From: a bacterium
GTDB lineage: Bacteria; Patescibacteriota; Minisyncoccia; UBA6257; GWB1-50-10
Direction: 5' to 3'
DNA: 64,000 nt
Assembly: GCA_021801565.1 (NCBI GenBank)
Contig: JAJYXV010000015.1
Span: forward strand, 155,198 to 219,197
Numbering within the stretch: position 1 is the stretch's first letter; every line of letters begins with the position of its first letter. The position numbers were made by a program, and so were the translations under genes. The notes beneath the pieces were generated by a model. It was not told where the DNA came from. It ran no database searches and saw only the letters and a program-made list of their open reading frames with translations. Of the stretch, positions 9,463 through 18,945 are shown in pieces.

Positions 9463-10749
9463 ATGACAACACAAGAAAAAAAGAAGGGAAAGAGAGAAAA
9501 GGAGGACACACTTTCTCCAAAGAACGTATTGGATATCCTTCCAAAGGATGGTGATTTGTGGAAAGAAATCGGACGCGCGATGTTCGGTGTTGCAGAACTT
9601 CATAATTTTCATTTTATGGAAACTCCAGTGATTGAGCGCGCCGAATTTTTTGAGACGAAGCAAAACAAAGAATTTCCGTTCAAAAAACATCTTTATATAG
9701 TGAAAGGAAAGGGGGAGCGTTTGGCATTGCGTCCTAATTATATTCTTCCGTTTCTCAGAAGTTACATTGATCATCATCTTGGATATTTTGCTTCTCCGCT
9801 TAAGGTTTTTTCCTATGGACAAATATTTTCAATAAAACATTCAAATGAACAAGAAAAGAATGTTTCTCGTGAATGGGTTTTTCACGTTATTGGAGACAAC
9901 GATCCAATTTATGATGTAGAAATTATTCATGCCACACTTGAGGTAGTAAAAGCATTGAAAATAAAAGATGCTTCGCTTCTTATCAATATTAATGGATGTA
10001 GGACATGCCGAGGCGCATATCGTGAAAAGATCAAGTCATTTACTGGATCAAAAAAGGGAGAAATGTGCTCGCACTGTGCACATCTCTGTGAGAAAGATCC
10101 ATTCGCTTTTTTTGACTGTGTATCTGAAAAATGTGCTGTTGTAAAAAAAGACGCTCCCACCGTACTCGATTATCTTTGTCAAAGTTGTAATAATTATTTC
10201 AAAAATCTTCTTGAACTTATAGAAGATAATGGTATTCTCTACGAACTTACCCCCTCACTCATACGAAAAAGCGAAGGGAGTAATCGACTTGCATTTAGTG
10301 TGCGTTCTCTCGGCATTGAGCTTGCTATGGGAGGGCGGCATGATTACATTTCAGAGATGGCTTTTAAGAGGCAAATTGCCGCAGTCGGAGTTTCATTTTT
10401 TGTTGACCGCATAATACAGGCTATTCAGTTACAAGGAAATCAAATACTTACAAAACAGAAACCAAAAGTGTTTTTTATTGTAGTGGGAGATCAGGCAAAA
10501 AAGGCGAGCGTACGTCTTATGCATATTCTGAGATCAAGCGGTGTTATTACTATGGAAGCGCTTGGAAAAAAATCGCTGAAGATGCAGTTAAAAGCAGCGG
10601 AAAAGGCGAAAGCTCCGGTTGCAGTTCTTCTTGGGCAAAAAGAAGTTTTTGAAGAAACGGCAATTATTCGTGATATGGATACGGGCGCGCAGGAAACGGT
10701 GACTTTTGCCGGACTTGTGGAAGGGGTGAAAAAGAAATTAAAATCATAA
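9463..10749 (+). CDS. Histidyl-tRNA synthetase-like paralogue with degenerate catalytic motifs
   Basis: HisS architecture (ETPVIE, LALRP, GGRHD, anticodon-binding domain SLK.QLK.A), but RPEGT, motif-2 RxE..Q.GR and RGLDYY are replaced. Confidence 0.75.
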   Translation: MTTQEKKKGKREKEDTLSPKNVLDILPKDGDLWKEIGRAMFGVAELHNFHFMETPVIERAEFFETKQNKEFPFKKHLYIVKGKGERLALRPNYILPFLRSYIDHHLGYFASPLKVFSYGQIFSIKHSNEQEKNVSREWVFHVIGDNDPIYDVEIIHATLEVVKALKIKDASLLININGCRTCRGAYREKIKSFTGSKKGEMCSHCAHLCEKDPFAFFDCVSEKCAVVKKDAPTVLDYLCQSCNNYFKNLLELIEDNGILYELTPSLIRKSEGSNRLAFSVRSLGIELAMGGRHDYISEMAFKRQIAAVGVSFFVDRIIQAIQLQGNQILTKQKPKVFFIVVGDQAKKASVRLMHILRSSGVITMEALGKKSLKMQLKAAEKAKAPVAVLLGQKEVFEETAIIRDMDTGAQETVTFAGLVEGVKKKLKS

Positions 10750-10751
10750 TT

Positions 10752-11156
10752 ATGGAATGTATTTTTTGTAGTATTGCAAAAAAAGAAATACAGACGAAAG
10801 TCGTGTATGAAGACGATATTGCAATTGGAGTGCTTGATATTCATCCTCGTGCCCCTGGACACGTTGTGTTATTTCCAAAGAATCATGTACACTCTATATT
10901 GGATGTTCAAAGTGGGCAGATCGGACCATTATTTGAGGGTGTTCAACAAGTAACCGATCTTTTAAAAAGAAAGATTAATCCAGAAGGATTTACCGTAGGG
11001 ATCAATCATGGAGAGGTGGCGGGACAGGAAATTGCCCACCTCCACATCCATGTAATTCCTCGCTGGAAAAATGATGGGGGCTCGTCTATACAAAGTGTTG
11101 TACAAAATATATCAAAAAAGTCGCTTGATGAAATCTACAAACAAATAGTTTCTTAA
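10752..11156 (+). CDS. HIT family hydrolase
   Basis: CIFC, PGH, HLHIHVIPR. Confidence 0.93.
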   Translation: MECIFCSIAKKEIQTKVVYEDDIAIGVLDIHPRAPGHVVLFPKNHVHSILDVQSGQIGPLFEGVQQVTDLLKRKINPEGFTVGINHGEVAGQEIAHLHIHVIPRWKNDGGSSIQSVVQNISKKSLDEIYKQIVS

Positions 11157-11162
11157 ATTTAT

Positions 11163-11393
11163 ATGATAGAGATAAAGAAAAAAGAAGGGGAACATGTGGG
11201 TGCGTTTATTTTTCGTTTTAACAAAAAAGTGAAACAAAGTGGAATTATGAAAGAAATGAAGAAAAGGAAGTTTACCACGAGAAATGTAAATCGAAACAAA
11301 CGCAAAGCAGCCGCGCTCTACCGTGTGTCAAAAATAAAGTCGCTTTCAGAACTCAAAAAATATGGAAGCACCCCTGGAAATAAAAATTCATAA
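11163..11393 (+). CDS. rpsU: 30S ribosomal protein S21
   Basis: EIKKKEGE...RF.KKV.QSG; upstream of yqeY. Confidence 0.75.
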   Translation: MIEIKKKEGEHVGAFIFRFNKKVKQSGIMKEMKKRKFTTRNVNRNKRKAAALYRVSKIKSLSELKKYGSTPGNKNS

Positions 11394-11826
11394 CGATCTT
11401 GAATTCTCAATGAAGCAGAAGAACCAACTACATACCGAGACACTTCGGATGCTTCTTTCGAGTATTCATTCGCGTCTTATTGAGAAAAGAGGGCAAGGGA
11501 AAACCGAGCTTACCGATGATGATGTGTTGGAAGTACTCGCAAAGGAAGCTAAAAAAAGAAGAGAAGCGGCGGAGATTTTTGCGTCTGGAGGACGGAATGA
11601 TCTTGCGGAAAAGGAAAAAAGAGAACTTACAATCGTTGAAACATATCTTCCCACACAAGCAAGCGATGAAGAAATTGAGGTTGTAGTAAAAAAGGCAATT
11701 GAAATAGTGAATCCGGCAAGTCAGAAGGATTTCGGAAAAGTAATGGCGGAAGCGATGAAAAATTTAAAAGGAAAAGCTGATGGCACACGTATAGGGAACC
11801 GTGTTAAAAAAATGATGTCATTTTAA
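11362..11826 (+). CDS. GatB/YqeY domain protein
   Basis: KEAKKRREA...GR.DLAEKE..E...YLP...DFGKVM...GKADG. Confidence 0.92.
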   Translation: MEAPLEIKIHNDLEFSMKQKNQLHTETLRMLLSSIHSRLIEKRGQGKTELTDDDVLEVLAKEAKKRREAAEIFASGGRNDLAEKEKRELTIVETYLPTQASDEEIEVVVKKAIEIVNPASQKDFGKVMAEAMKNLKGKADGTRIGNRVKKMMSF

Positions 11827-11834
11827 TTTAAAGC

Positions 11835-12293
11835 ATGAGTGGCACCCATATATTTCGGATAACGGGAAACACAATTATTGTTTCGATAGACACAAAAACA
11901 CTTTCCACATATATTCGGTTGGTAAGTGAGGCGGTAGCTACCGCTCTTTTTTTAGAGAAACAAAAAAACATTTCTATTGAGGTATATTTGCTTACTGATC
12001 GTTCAATGAAGGAAATAAATAAGACATTTAAGCATAAAAACACTGTAACGAATGTATTAAGTTTTGAATGTCCTAGCGATCCGGTATTTTCAAAAAGAAA
12101 AGAGAGAAAAAAACACGTTGGGGAGATATATCTTGCTCCGCGATATATTACACGCAAAAAAGAAGATATAGTGGCACTTTCTTTGCATGGGGCGCTCCAT
12201 TTATTGGGATATGACCATAAAAAGAGGGACGATCGGAAGAAAATGGAGAAAAGAGAGGGGGAAATCTATGTACGTGTAAAACGGGGAAAGTAA
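11835..12293 (+). CDS. ybeY: rRNA maturation endoribonuclease YbeY
   Basis: TNVLSF, GEIY, HGALHLLGYDH. Confidence 0.9.
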   Translation: MSGTHIFRITGNTIIVSIDTKTLSTYIRLVSEAVATALFLEKQKNISIEVYLLTDRSMKEINKTFKHKNTVTNVLSFECPSDPVFSKRKERKKHVGEIYLAPRYITRKKEDIVALSLHGALHLLGYDHKKRDDRKKMEKREGEIYVRVKRGK

Positions 12294-12346
12294 TCCCGTT
12301 TTTTTCTTTTTATAAATTGGTTATAATAAATACATATTTTTGATGT

Positions 12347-13564
12347 ATGTCTCTTATTATTACAGGATTAGATATTGGTTCTTCGCAGATAAAAGGAGTG
12401 GTGTGTGAAAAAAGAAAGGATGGGCAGCTCTCAGTACTTGCTGTGGTAAAACAACCATCTTTGGGATTTCGAAAAGGAGTGCTTGTTGATCGCGAAGAGG
12501 CGACGAGTGTACTTCGCGAACTCGTATTGGATCTTCAACGTATTTCAAAAAAAACCACACAAAATGTTTTTGTAAATACGAACAGCGCGTACATACGTGT
12601 TCGCAATTCTCGGGGAATTGCAGCGGTAGCGCGTGCAGATAGAGAAATACAACAAGATGATATTGATCGCGTGATTCAAGCATCACAGGCGGTAAAACTA
12701 CAGCCAAACTATATGGTGATTCATAATATTACGCGTGAATATTTTGTTGATGATATCGGGGATATTTATGACCCGCTTGGTATGACGGGACATCGTCTGG
12801 AGGTGAGTACGCTTGTGGTTGAGGCGTTTGCCCCGCAGGTGACACTCCTTTTAAAAACCCTTGAGAGTGTAGGAATGCGTGTTGGTGGATTGATTTTTAA
12901 TCCTCTTGCTGCTGCACGATCAGTGCTTACAAAATCTCAGCGTGAATTAGGGGTGTTGCTTATTGATTTTGGATTTGATTCTACCTCATTTGTAATTTAT
13001 GAAGAAAACAAAGCATCGTATGCAAAAACAATTCCCATAGGTACACGCCATATCACAAACGATATTGCAATGGGACTTAAAATTTCTTTTGAGTCGGCAG
13101 AAAAATTAAAACTTACCCATGGATATGCATTTGCAAAAGATATATCAAGAAAAGACATAATAAAACTTTCTGAGTTTGATCCATCAAATAAAAATGAAAT
13201 TCCAAAACGGTTTGTTGCGGAAATCATTGAAGTGCGTCTTGCCGAAATACTCGAACTCGTGAATAATGAACTGAAAGTCTTGGGAAGAAGTATTCAATTG
13301 CCTGCCGGAGTAGTGATTACTGGAGGAGGAACGAAACTTCCAGGGATGACAGAACTCGTAAAGCAGGAATTGAAGTTTCATACACAAGTCGGATTTCCTG
13401 ATTTAGGCGTATTTGAAGTGATGAACCCAACGCATAAAGAACTTCTTGATGATCCTGAATTTTCCACCGCGCTTGGACTTGTACTTTTTGGAAATGATGA
13501 GGGGACAAAGCCAATGGACGCAACTGATTGGGTGAAACAATTTGTAAAAAACCTTTTTCCATAA
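12347..13564 (+). CDS. ftsA: Cell division protein FtsA
   Basis: GLDIGSS, PLGMTG.RLE, ITNDIA, VITGGG; upstream of ftsZ. Confidence 0.97.
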   Translation: MSLIITGLDIGSSQIKGVVCEKRKDGQLSVLAVVKQPSLGFRKGVLVDREEATSVLRELVLDLQRISKKTTQNVFVNTNSAYIRVRNSRGIAAVARADREIQQDDIDRVIQASQAVKLQPNYMVIHNITREYFVDDIGDIYDPLGMTGHRLEVSTLVVEAFAPQVTLLLKTLESVGMRVGGLIFNPLAAARSVLTKSQRELGVLLIDFGFDSTSFVIYEENKASYAKTIPIGTRHITNDIAMGLKISFESAEKLKLTHGYAFAKDISRKDIIKLSEFDPSNKNEIPKRFVAEIIEVRLAEILELVNNELKVLGRSIQLPAGVVITGGGTKLPGMTELVKQELKFHTQVGFPDLGVFEVMNPTHKELLDDPEFSTALGLVLFGNDEGTKPMDATDWVKQFVKNLFP

Positions 13565-13576
13565 ACATATACATAT

Positions 13577-14815
13577 ATGACAAAAAAGAAAAAAAGAAAC
13601 ACAAAAAAAATAAAACAGATAATACCTCTACAGCAACCGCGTGTAGCAAAACCAAAAACGATTATTACTCGCATTAAAGTAGTGGGAGTAGGAGGATGTG
13701 GGGGAAATGTAGTGAGTCGAATGATGGAGGGTGATCGTATGCGTGGAGTTGAATTCGTCGCAATAAACACTGATGCACAGGATCTTGATCGTGTGGTGGC
13801 ACACCGGAAAATATATATAGGAAAAGCTCTTACACGGGGATTGGGAGCGGGGATGAATCCAGAAATCGGAAAACAAGCGGCCGAAGAAAACCGTTCTGAA
13901 ATTGGCGAGGTGTTAAATGGTGCGGATATTGTTTTCGTCGTTGCGGGAATGGGAGGGGGAACGGGGACATTGGGTTCATCTGTGGTTGCAGAAATTGCGA
14001 AAGAGAAGGGAATTCTCACTGTTGCAATGGTAACAAAGCCGTTTGCGTTTGAAGGATCACAACGTATGGCGCTCGCGCAAGATGGATTGAATAGGTTAAA
14101 AGACAAGGTGGATGCACTTATTGTGATTCCTAACGATCGAGTATTTACGCTTGTTGATAAAGATACGCCGCTTTTGAAGGCATTTGGATATATTGATGGA
14201 GTATTAAAACAAGCAGTAAGCGCGATTTCAGATTTAGTAAACGCTCCGGGAATTATCAATGTAGATTTTGCAGATATCAGAGCAATTCTAAAAGATGCAG
14301 GAATGACGCTTATTGGTATTGGTGAATCATCGGGACAAGATCGAAGTGTAAAGTCAGTAAATATAGCAGTGAATTCTCCGCTTCTCGAAATTTCCGTTGA
14401 TGGGGCGAAAGGAGTGCTTTTTAGTGTCGCGGGGGGGAAAGATTTAAAAATGTCTGAAGTGAATGATGTGGCAAAAGCAGTAACAGCGAATCTCGATCCA
14501 AATGCAAAAGTGATTTTTGGGGCATATCAAGATAGAGGACTCAAAGAAAAAAGCATGCGTGTAACTGTAATCGCAACCGGATTTAGCGGTGTGCTTTCTG
14601 GTCCTCGCATGAATACCCCGACACTTTTTTTTACCAGTGAGCCGCCAAAAGCAATCACAATTGAAGAGCCGATTGGAAAAAAAGAAAAATCAACACTACA
14701 GAATAAAGAAGAAAGGGAACGGGAAAAAGTGCGCGAAGAGCGTGAAAAGAAACCGGAATTAAATGATCCGGAACCGTGGGAAATCCCAGCATTTTTGAGA
14801 AAAAAGAAAAAATAA
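13577..14815 (+). CDS. ftsZ: Cell division protein FtsZ
   Basis: GMGGGTGT signature, INVDFAD, C-terminal IPAFLR. Confidence 0.98.
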   Translation: MTKKKKRNTKKIKQIIPLQQPRVAKPKTIITRIKVVGVGGCGGNVVSRMMEGDRMRGVEFVAINTDAQDLDRVVAHRKIYIGKALTRGLGAGMNPEIGKQAAEENRSEIGEVLNGADIVFVVAGMGGGTGTLGSSVVAEIAKEKGILTVAMVTKPFAFEGSQRMALAQDGLNRLKDKVDALIVIPNDRVFTLVDKDTPLLKAFGYIDGVLKQAVSAISDLVNAPGIINVDFADIRAILKDAGMTLIGIGESSGQDRSVKSVNIAVNSPLLEISVDGAKGVLFSVAGGKDLKMSEVNDVAKAVTANLDPNAKVIFGAYQDRGLKEKSMRVTVIATGFSGVLSGPRMNTPTLFFTSEPPKAITIEEPIGKKEKSTLQNKEEREREKVREEREKKPELNDPEPWEIPAFLRKKKK

Positions 14816-14905
14816 ATTGATTCCGCCTGTCCACATGGATAGGCGGAATCTTGATTATAGGTAGTTATTGAAATGTTTTCTGTATTCAAGTATCATTTTT
14901 TTGTT

Positions 14906-14980
14906 GCCGACATAGCTCAGTGGTAGAGCAGCTGTTTTGTAAACAGCAGGTCGTCAGTTCAAATCTGACTGTCGGCTCCA
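14906..14980 (+). tRNA. tRNA-Thr(TGT)
   Basis: GCCGACA/TGTCGGC acceptor; anticodon loop TTTGTAA; CCA encoded. Confidence 0.95.
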
Positions 14981-15063
14981 GATTTTAGAAATTAAGTGGG
15001 CGGGGCAACACTTTTTCACCGAAGACAGATAAATTCCAAGCGTGCTTGCCTGCCTTTGGTGGG

Positions 15064-15095
15064 GGTCCTCGGTTTAAATCCGAGAGGTGGCTCCA
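15064..15095 (+). pseudogene. Orphan tRNA 3' half (T-arm, acceptor strand, TCCA)
   Basis: ggtc-ctcgg-tttaaat-ccgag-aggtggc-t-cca; no matching 5' half. Confidence 0.6.
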
Positions 15096-15133
15096 AGAAA
15101 AAACACTTCTTATCGAAGTGTTTTTTTATGCCT

Positions 15134-15174
15134 TTTCAAGAAAACCACGGGTGTAAGCCTGTGGAGTTTCATTT
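15134..15174 (+). mobile_element. IS200/IS605-like end hairpin remnant, copy 1
   Basis: tttcaagaaaaccacgggtgtaagcctgtggagtttcattt; 39/41 identical to 42770-42810. Confidence 0.55.
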
Positions 15175-15179
15175 GAATT

Positions 15180-15587
15180 TTAATTTCTCTTCCATGTAAG
15201 TAATGCAGAAAGATATTTTTGAATAAAATAGATAAAAATTATAAATATCCCGTCTACTATGAGAAGTAGGATGCTATATACAAACAAATTCAGAAACAGA
15301 ACAAGATATTGCATTTGAATAGTTGGAGGTCCAGAAGTGAATAAAAGATGAATATTTAAGGGGTAGCTGATGAATGTAAGTACTATCAATCCGCCAAGCG
15401 CCATAAGCCATGCTATTGGACGAAAATCCAGAAGAAATACTGGCCAAAAAATTGGACTTAATCCATAATGAAACACCTTAAACAGTTTTGTATCTGGATA
15501 TGGATGATTTTCTAGATTATTAAGGGCAATTCCTGTGGTCATAAACAAATATACCACTATTACTGCAATAACTAATGAAGTTTCCAT
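15180..15587 (-). CDS. Orphan membrane protein
   Basis: Hydrophobic ORF with AGGAG 6 nt upstream of ATG. Confidence 0.65.
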   Translation of the reverse strand: METSLVIAVIVVYLFMTTGIALNNLENHPYPDTKLFKVFHYGLSPIFWPVFLLDFRPIAWLMALGGLIVLTFISYPLNIHLLFTSGPPTIQMQYLVLFLNLFVYSILLLIVDGIFIIFIYFIQKYLSALLTWKRN

Positions 15588-15751
15588 TTTAACTCCTGTC
15601 AGTTGTTATTAAATATTCTGTCTTGTAGTATAACATAATATAATAAATGTATGTCAATATTTATGTATTGACAGTTTACATACATAATAAGAAACTTAGA
15701 AATGCGTTAATTCAAGAAATAAAGAATTTACGCACTTAAAAATTTTGTATC

Positions 15752-15824
15752 GCCAATGTAGCTCAGTTGGTAGAGCAACTCCATGGTAAGGAGTAGGTCG
15801 TCGGTTCAAATCCGACCATTGGCT
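15752..15824 (+). tRNA. tRNA-Thr(GGT)
   Basis: GCCAATG/CATTGGC acceptor; ACTCC-ATGGTAA-GGAGT anticodon arm. Confidence 0.93.
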
Positions 15825-15850
15825 CAAAGTCGCATTATAAAAAAAACGCC

Positions 15851-16177
15851 CTAGGGGCGTTTTTCAGTTTCTTTTAATTTTTCAGCAAGTGCTTCTCCTG
15901 CTTCTTTTGGAAAATTCATCCCGACAAGTGTGAAGAATATGATTGAAAGAAGAAGAAGAGTGTGATGTACTACTTCAAATACCACACCCTCATATTCGAA
16001 ATAAGAGAAAAGCTGAATCGCAAATCCAAAAGTAAAGAATAGACATCCTATCGTTGCAAGACCATAACTGCGCTTAAAAAACGATCCAAGAAGCGTGCGA
16101 CGTGTTCGTATATTAATCCCGATAAGTGTGATGCCGACTACGACGCCTATAATTAAAACAGTGGTGACAATATACAT
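15851..16177 (-). CDS. Hypothetical membrane protein
   Basis: Three hydrophobic segments; second ATG chosen as start. Confidence 0.6.
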   Translation of the reverse strand: MYIVTTVLIIGVVVGITLIGINIRTRRTLLGSFFKRSYGLATIGCLFFTFGFAIQLFSYFEYEGVVFEVVHHTLLLLSIIFFTLVGMNFPKEAGEALAEKLKETEKRP

Positions 16178-16251
16178 AAGTGGATTTATTATACCACACT
16201 CTTTACTTTTTTTCTTATACACCGTATTCTTGTACCATATAACAAAGATAT

Positions 16252-16422
16252 ATGGCCCAAGGCAAATTTACTGAAAATTTAATAAAGCTTCGTTGTGGAA
16301 CGTGTAAACGTATAAATTATTTAAAACACAAGAATAGAAAAACGGTTGACCGAAAGATTGAATTTAAAAAGTATTGCGAATGGTGTAAAAAACATACGGT
16401 CCATAAAGAATCCAAGAAATAG
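16252..16422 (+). CDS. rpmG: 50S ribosomal protein L33 (zinc-ribbon type; missing from ORF track)
   Basis: MAQGKFTENLIKLRCGTCKRINYLKHKNRKTVDRKIEFKKYCEWCKKHTVHKESKK*. Confidence 0.95.
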   Translation: MAQGKFTENLIKLRCGTCKRINYLKHKNRKTVDRKIEFKKYCEWCKKHTVHKESKK

Positions 16423-16481
16423 GAAATCCCCCAAAGGGGATTTCCTATTTCTTGAGATTTTAGTATAAAATAAAGGACATT

Positions 16482-16556
16482 GGGGGCATAAGCTCAATGG
16501 TAAACTGCGGGACTCCAAATCCTGACTTCTGGGTTCGAATCCTAGTGCCCCCGCCA
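16482..16556 (+). tRNA. tRNA-Trp(CCA)
   Basis: GGGGGCA/TGCCCCC acceptor; loop CTCCAAA; CCA encoded; follows rpmG. Confidence 0.95.
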
Positions 16557-16616
16557 AAGTTGATTATAGGGGTTCCCTCGCCATCCACAAAAAGCTTCAT
16601 GTTATACTAAGAATAA

Positions 16617-17600
16617 ATGTCTAAACCCCTATGTATAGCAATTCTCATGGGAGGACCCTCATTGGAACATGAGGTGTCCTTGAAAAGCGGAGAGATGGTA
16701 TTTCGATATCTTGATCGGAGTAAATATGAACCCGTGCGTGTGCTCATACAAAAAAACGGTGATTGGAATATCCCTGCCGAAGAGGTAAAAAAAATTTGTG
16801 ATTGCGCATTTATTGCGATGCATGGTACATATGGAGAAGATGGGACAGTACAGGGAATTTTAGAACTTCATAATATTCCATATACGGGATCAAATGCACT
16901 TTCAAGCGCACTTGGGATGAATAAATTTTTGTCGCTGCGTGTGTTTCAAGATGGGGGGCTTCTTATCCCGCCAAGCATTCTTATTCATAAAGGAGAGTGG
17001 AGAACTTCACATGAAGAAACAACAAAAAAAATAAAACATCACATTGAACTTCCGTTGGTAATAAAACCAAATAACCAAGGTTCGAGTTTTGGGGTTACTA
17101 TTGTAAAAAATGAGAAAAAATTGAAAGAAGCACTTGATGAGGCGTTTAGTTTTTCGAGAGAGGTATTAGTGGAAAAATTTATTGAGGGGAGAGAAATGAC
17201 GTGTGCAGTGTTGGATCACGGGTGGCCGGAGAGTGCGTTTCCACTTCTTCCTACTGAAATTATACCGCGTGGTGGAACATTTTTTGACTATAAAGCGAAG
17301 TATAGTAAGGAGGGATCATATGAAATTACTCCCCCGCAAAATATTTCTAAGTCCACAATGGAAAAACTGAAGTCTACGGCGCTCGCCGCACACAGACTTG
17401 TCGGTGCGGGGGGATTTTCACGGACAGATATGATTCTTGATAAAAAGGGAAACGTGTATATTCTCGAGATAAATACTATTCCCGGACTTACTGAAGAAAG
17501 TCTACTTCCAAAGGCGGCATCAGTTTCTGGTATTGAATTTTCAAGATTGCTCTCACTTATACTTGAGTCGGCATTTTATCGTTATGGGAAAAAAATTTAG
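16617..17600 (+). CDS. ddl: D-alanine--D-alanine ligase
   Basis: GGPS.EHEVSL.SG, HG.YGEDG, GSS.G, FFDYKAKY, EINTIPG. Confidence 0.96.
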   Translation: MSKPLCIAILMGGPSLEHEVSLKSGEMVFRYLDRSKYEPVRVLIQKNGDWNIPAEEVKKICDCAFIAMHGTYGEDGTVQGILELHNIPYTGSNALSSALGMNKFLSLRVFQDGGLLIPPSILIHKGEWRTSHEETTKKIKHHIELPLVIKPNNQGSSFGVTIVKNEKKLKEALDEAFSFSREVLVEKFIEGREMTCAVLDHGWPESAFPLLPTEIIPRGGTFFDYKAKYSKEGSYEITPPQNISKSTMEKLKSTALAAHRLVGAGGFSRTDMILDKKGNVYILEINTIPGLTEESLLPKAASVSGIEFSRLLSLILESAFYRYGKKI

Positions 17601-17652
17601 TTTTCACTCCGGGGTTGCCTTTTTTCTCTTCTTTGGTGTAAACTAAAAAAAC

Positions 17653-18933
17653 ATGCATAATCGGAAAAACTTATCGCTTATTCTTATAAGTGTCTTCATT
17701 GTCTCGTTTATAGCGGGAATTTTTGTGTATGAGCCCTTTTGGAAGACAATAAGTTCGTTTCGTCCATGGGGACTCGGACTTGATCTTGCAGGAGGAAGCT
17801 ATCTTACTTATGAAATTGATTTAAGTCAGATTGCCCCACAAGATAAAGATTTTGTGGTAAAAGGATTACGGGACGTTATTGAGAAACGTGTAAATCTTTT
17901 CGGTGTAAGCGAACCACGTGTATATAACGAAAACACCGCAAGTGCTACGCGTCTTGTTGTTGAACTTGCTGGCATTAAGGATGTAAAAGAAGCAATAAAA
18001 CAAATTGGAGAAACACCATTTTTGGATTTTCGCGAGGTGACACAAGAAGGAACGAGCACTGTCTCTTTTCTCCCCACCGAGCTTACTGGAAGATATGTAA
18101 AGGGAGCCCAATTACAATTCGATAATATAACTGGCGCGCCGCAAGTGAGTATCGAATTTAACAGTCAGGGAGCGGATTTGTTTGCCGAACTCACTGGGAG
18201 AAATATTGGAAGGCCACTCGCAATATTTTTAGATAACGAACTTATTGAAATGCCGCGTGTGCAGGAAAAAATTACCGGAGGGAAAGCGCAGATCACTGGT
18301 AAATTTACCGTTGATGAGGCGAGAAAAATGGTTGAACGTTTTAATGCCGGAGCGCTTCCTGCACCTATCACTCTTGTGAATCAACAAACAATCAATTCCG
18401 ATTTTGGAAAGGATTCACTCGATAAAGCATTATTTGCGGGAGCATTGGGAACACTTTTTGTTATTCTATTTATGCTTCTCTTTTACCGATCACTTGGTAT
18501 TTATTCTACGATTGCGCTTTTAATGTATATAGCGCTTTCGCTCGGTATTTTTAAATTGTTTAATGTGACTATGACACTTGCGGGTATTGCAGGATTTATC
18601 CTTTCCATCGGAATGGCAGTAGATGCGAATATTCTTGTATTTGAACGGATGAAAGAAGAATTGCGACGCGGAGTGAGTAAAACAGCTGCGATTGAAGAAG
18701 GATTTCGCCGGGCATGGACCTCAATCCGTGATTCAAACATAAGCACGCTTATTACGTCGGCGGTGCTTTATTTTTTCACCTCAAGTTTTGTCCGCGGATT
18801 CGCGCTTACCCTTTTTATTGGAGTGGTAGTAAGTATGTTTTCGGCGATCACTATTACCCGCACACTTCTCCGTATATTTGTAAAAGATAAAAAAACAGAA
18901 GTGTCGAAGTCAGTCGCATCGCATACAATATAG
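17653..18933 (+). CDS. secD: Protein translocase subunit SecD
   Basis: LGLDLAGG, GVSEP, GALP, IGMAVDANILVFER. Confidence 0.97.
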   Translation: MHNRKNLSLILISVFIVSFIAGIFVYEPFWKTISSFRPWGLGLDLAGGSYLTYEIDLSQIAPQDKDFVVKGLRDVIEKRVNLFGVSEPRVYNENTASATRLVVELAGIKDVKEAIKQIGETPFLDFREVTQEGTSTVSFLPTELTGRYVKGAQLQFDNITGAPQVSIEFNSQGADLFAELTGRNIGRPLAIFLDNELIEMPRVQEKITGGKAQITGKFTVDEARKMVERFNAGALPAPITLVNQQTINSDFGKDSLDKALFAGALGTLFVILFMLLFYRSLGIYSTIALLMYIALSLGIFKLFNVTMTLAGIAGFILSIGMAVDANILVFERMKEELRRGVSKTAAIEEGFRRAWTSIRDSNISTLITSAVLYFFTSSFVRGFALTLFIGVVVSMFSAITITRTLLRIFVKDKKTEVSKSVASHTI

Positions 18934-18945
18934 TAATTTATTATT

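Noticed and set aside
13378-14259. 293-aa minus-strand ORF
   Set aside because: Antisense shadow of ftsZ/ftsA; the same applies to most short overlapping ORFs in the track
14996-15199. 67-aa ORF after tRNA-Thr
   Set aside because: Runs through a tRNA remnant, a terminator and a repeat; no coding signal
16617-17600. Vancomycin-resistance cluster (ddl plus VanX-like gene)
   Set aside because: The omega loop DYKAKY is D-Ala-D-Ala type; the M15 peptidase is 29 kb away; no vanH/R/S
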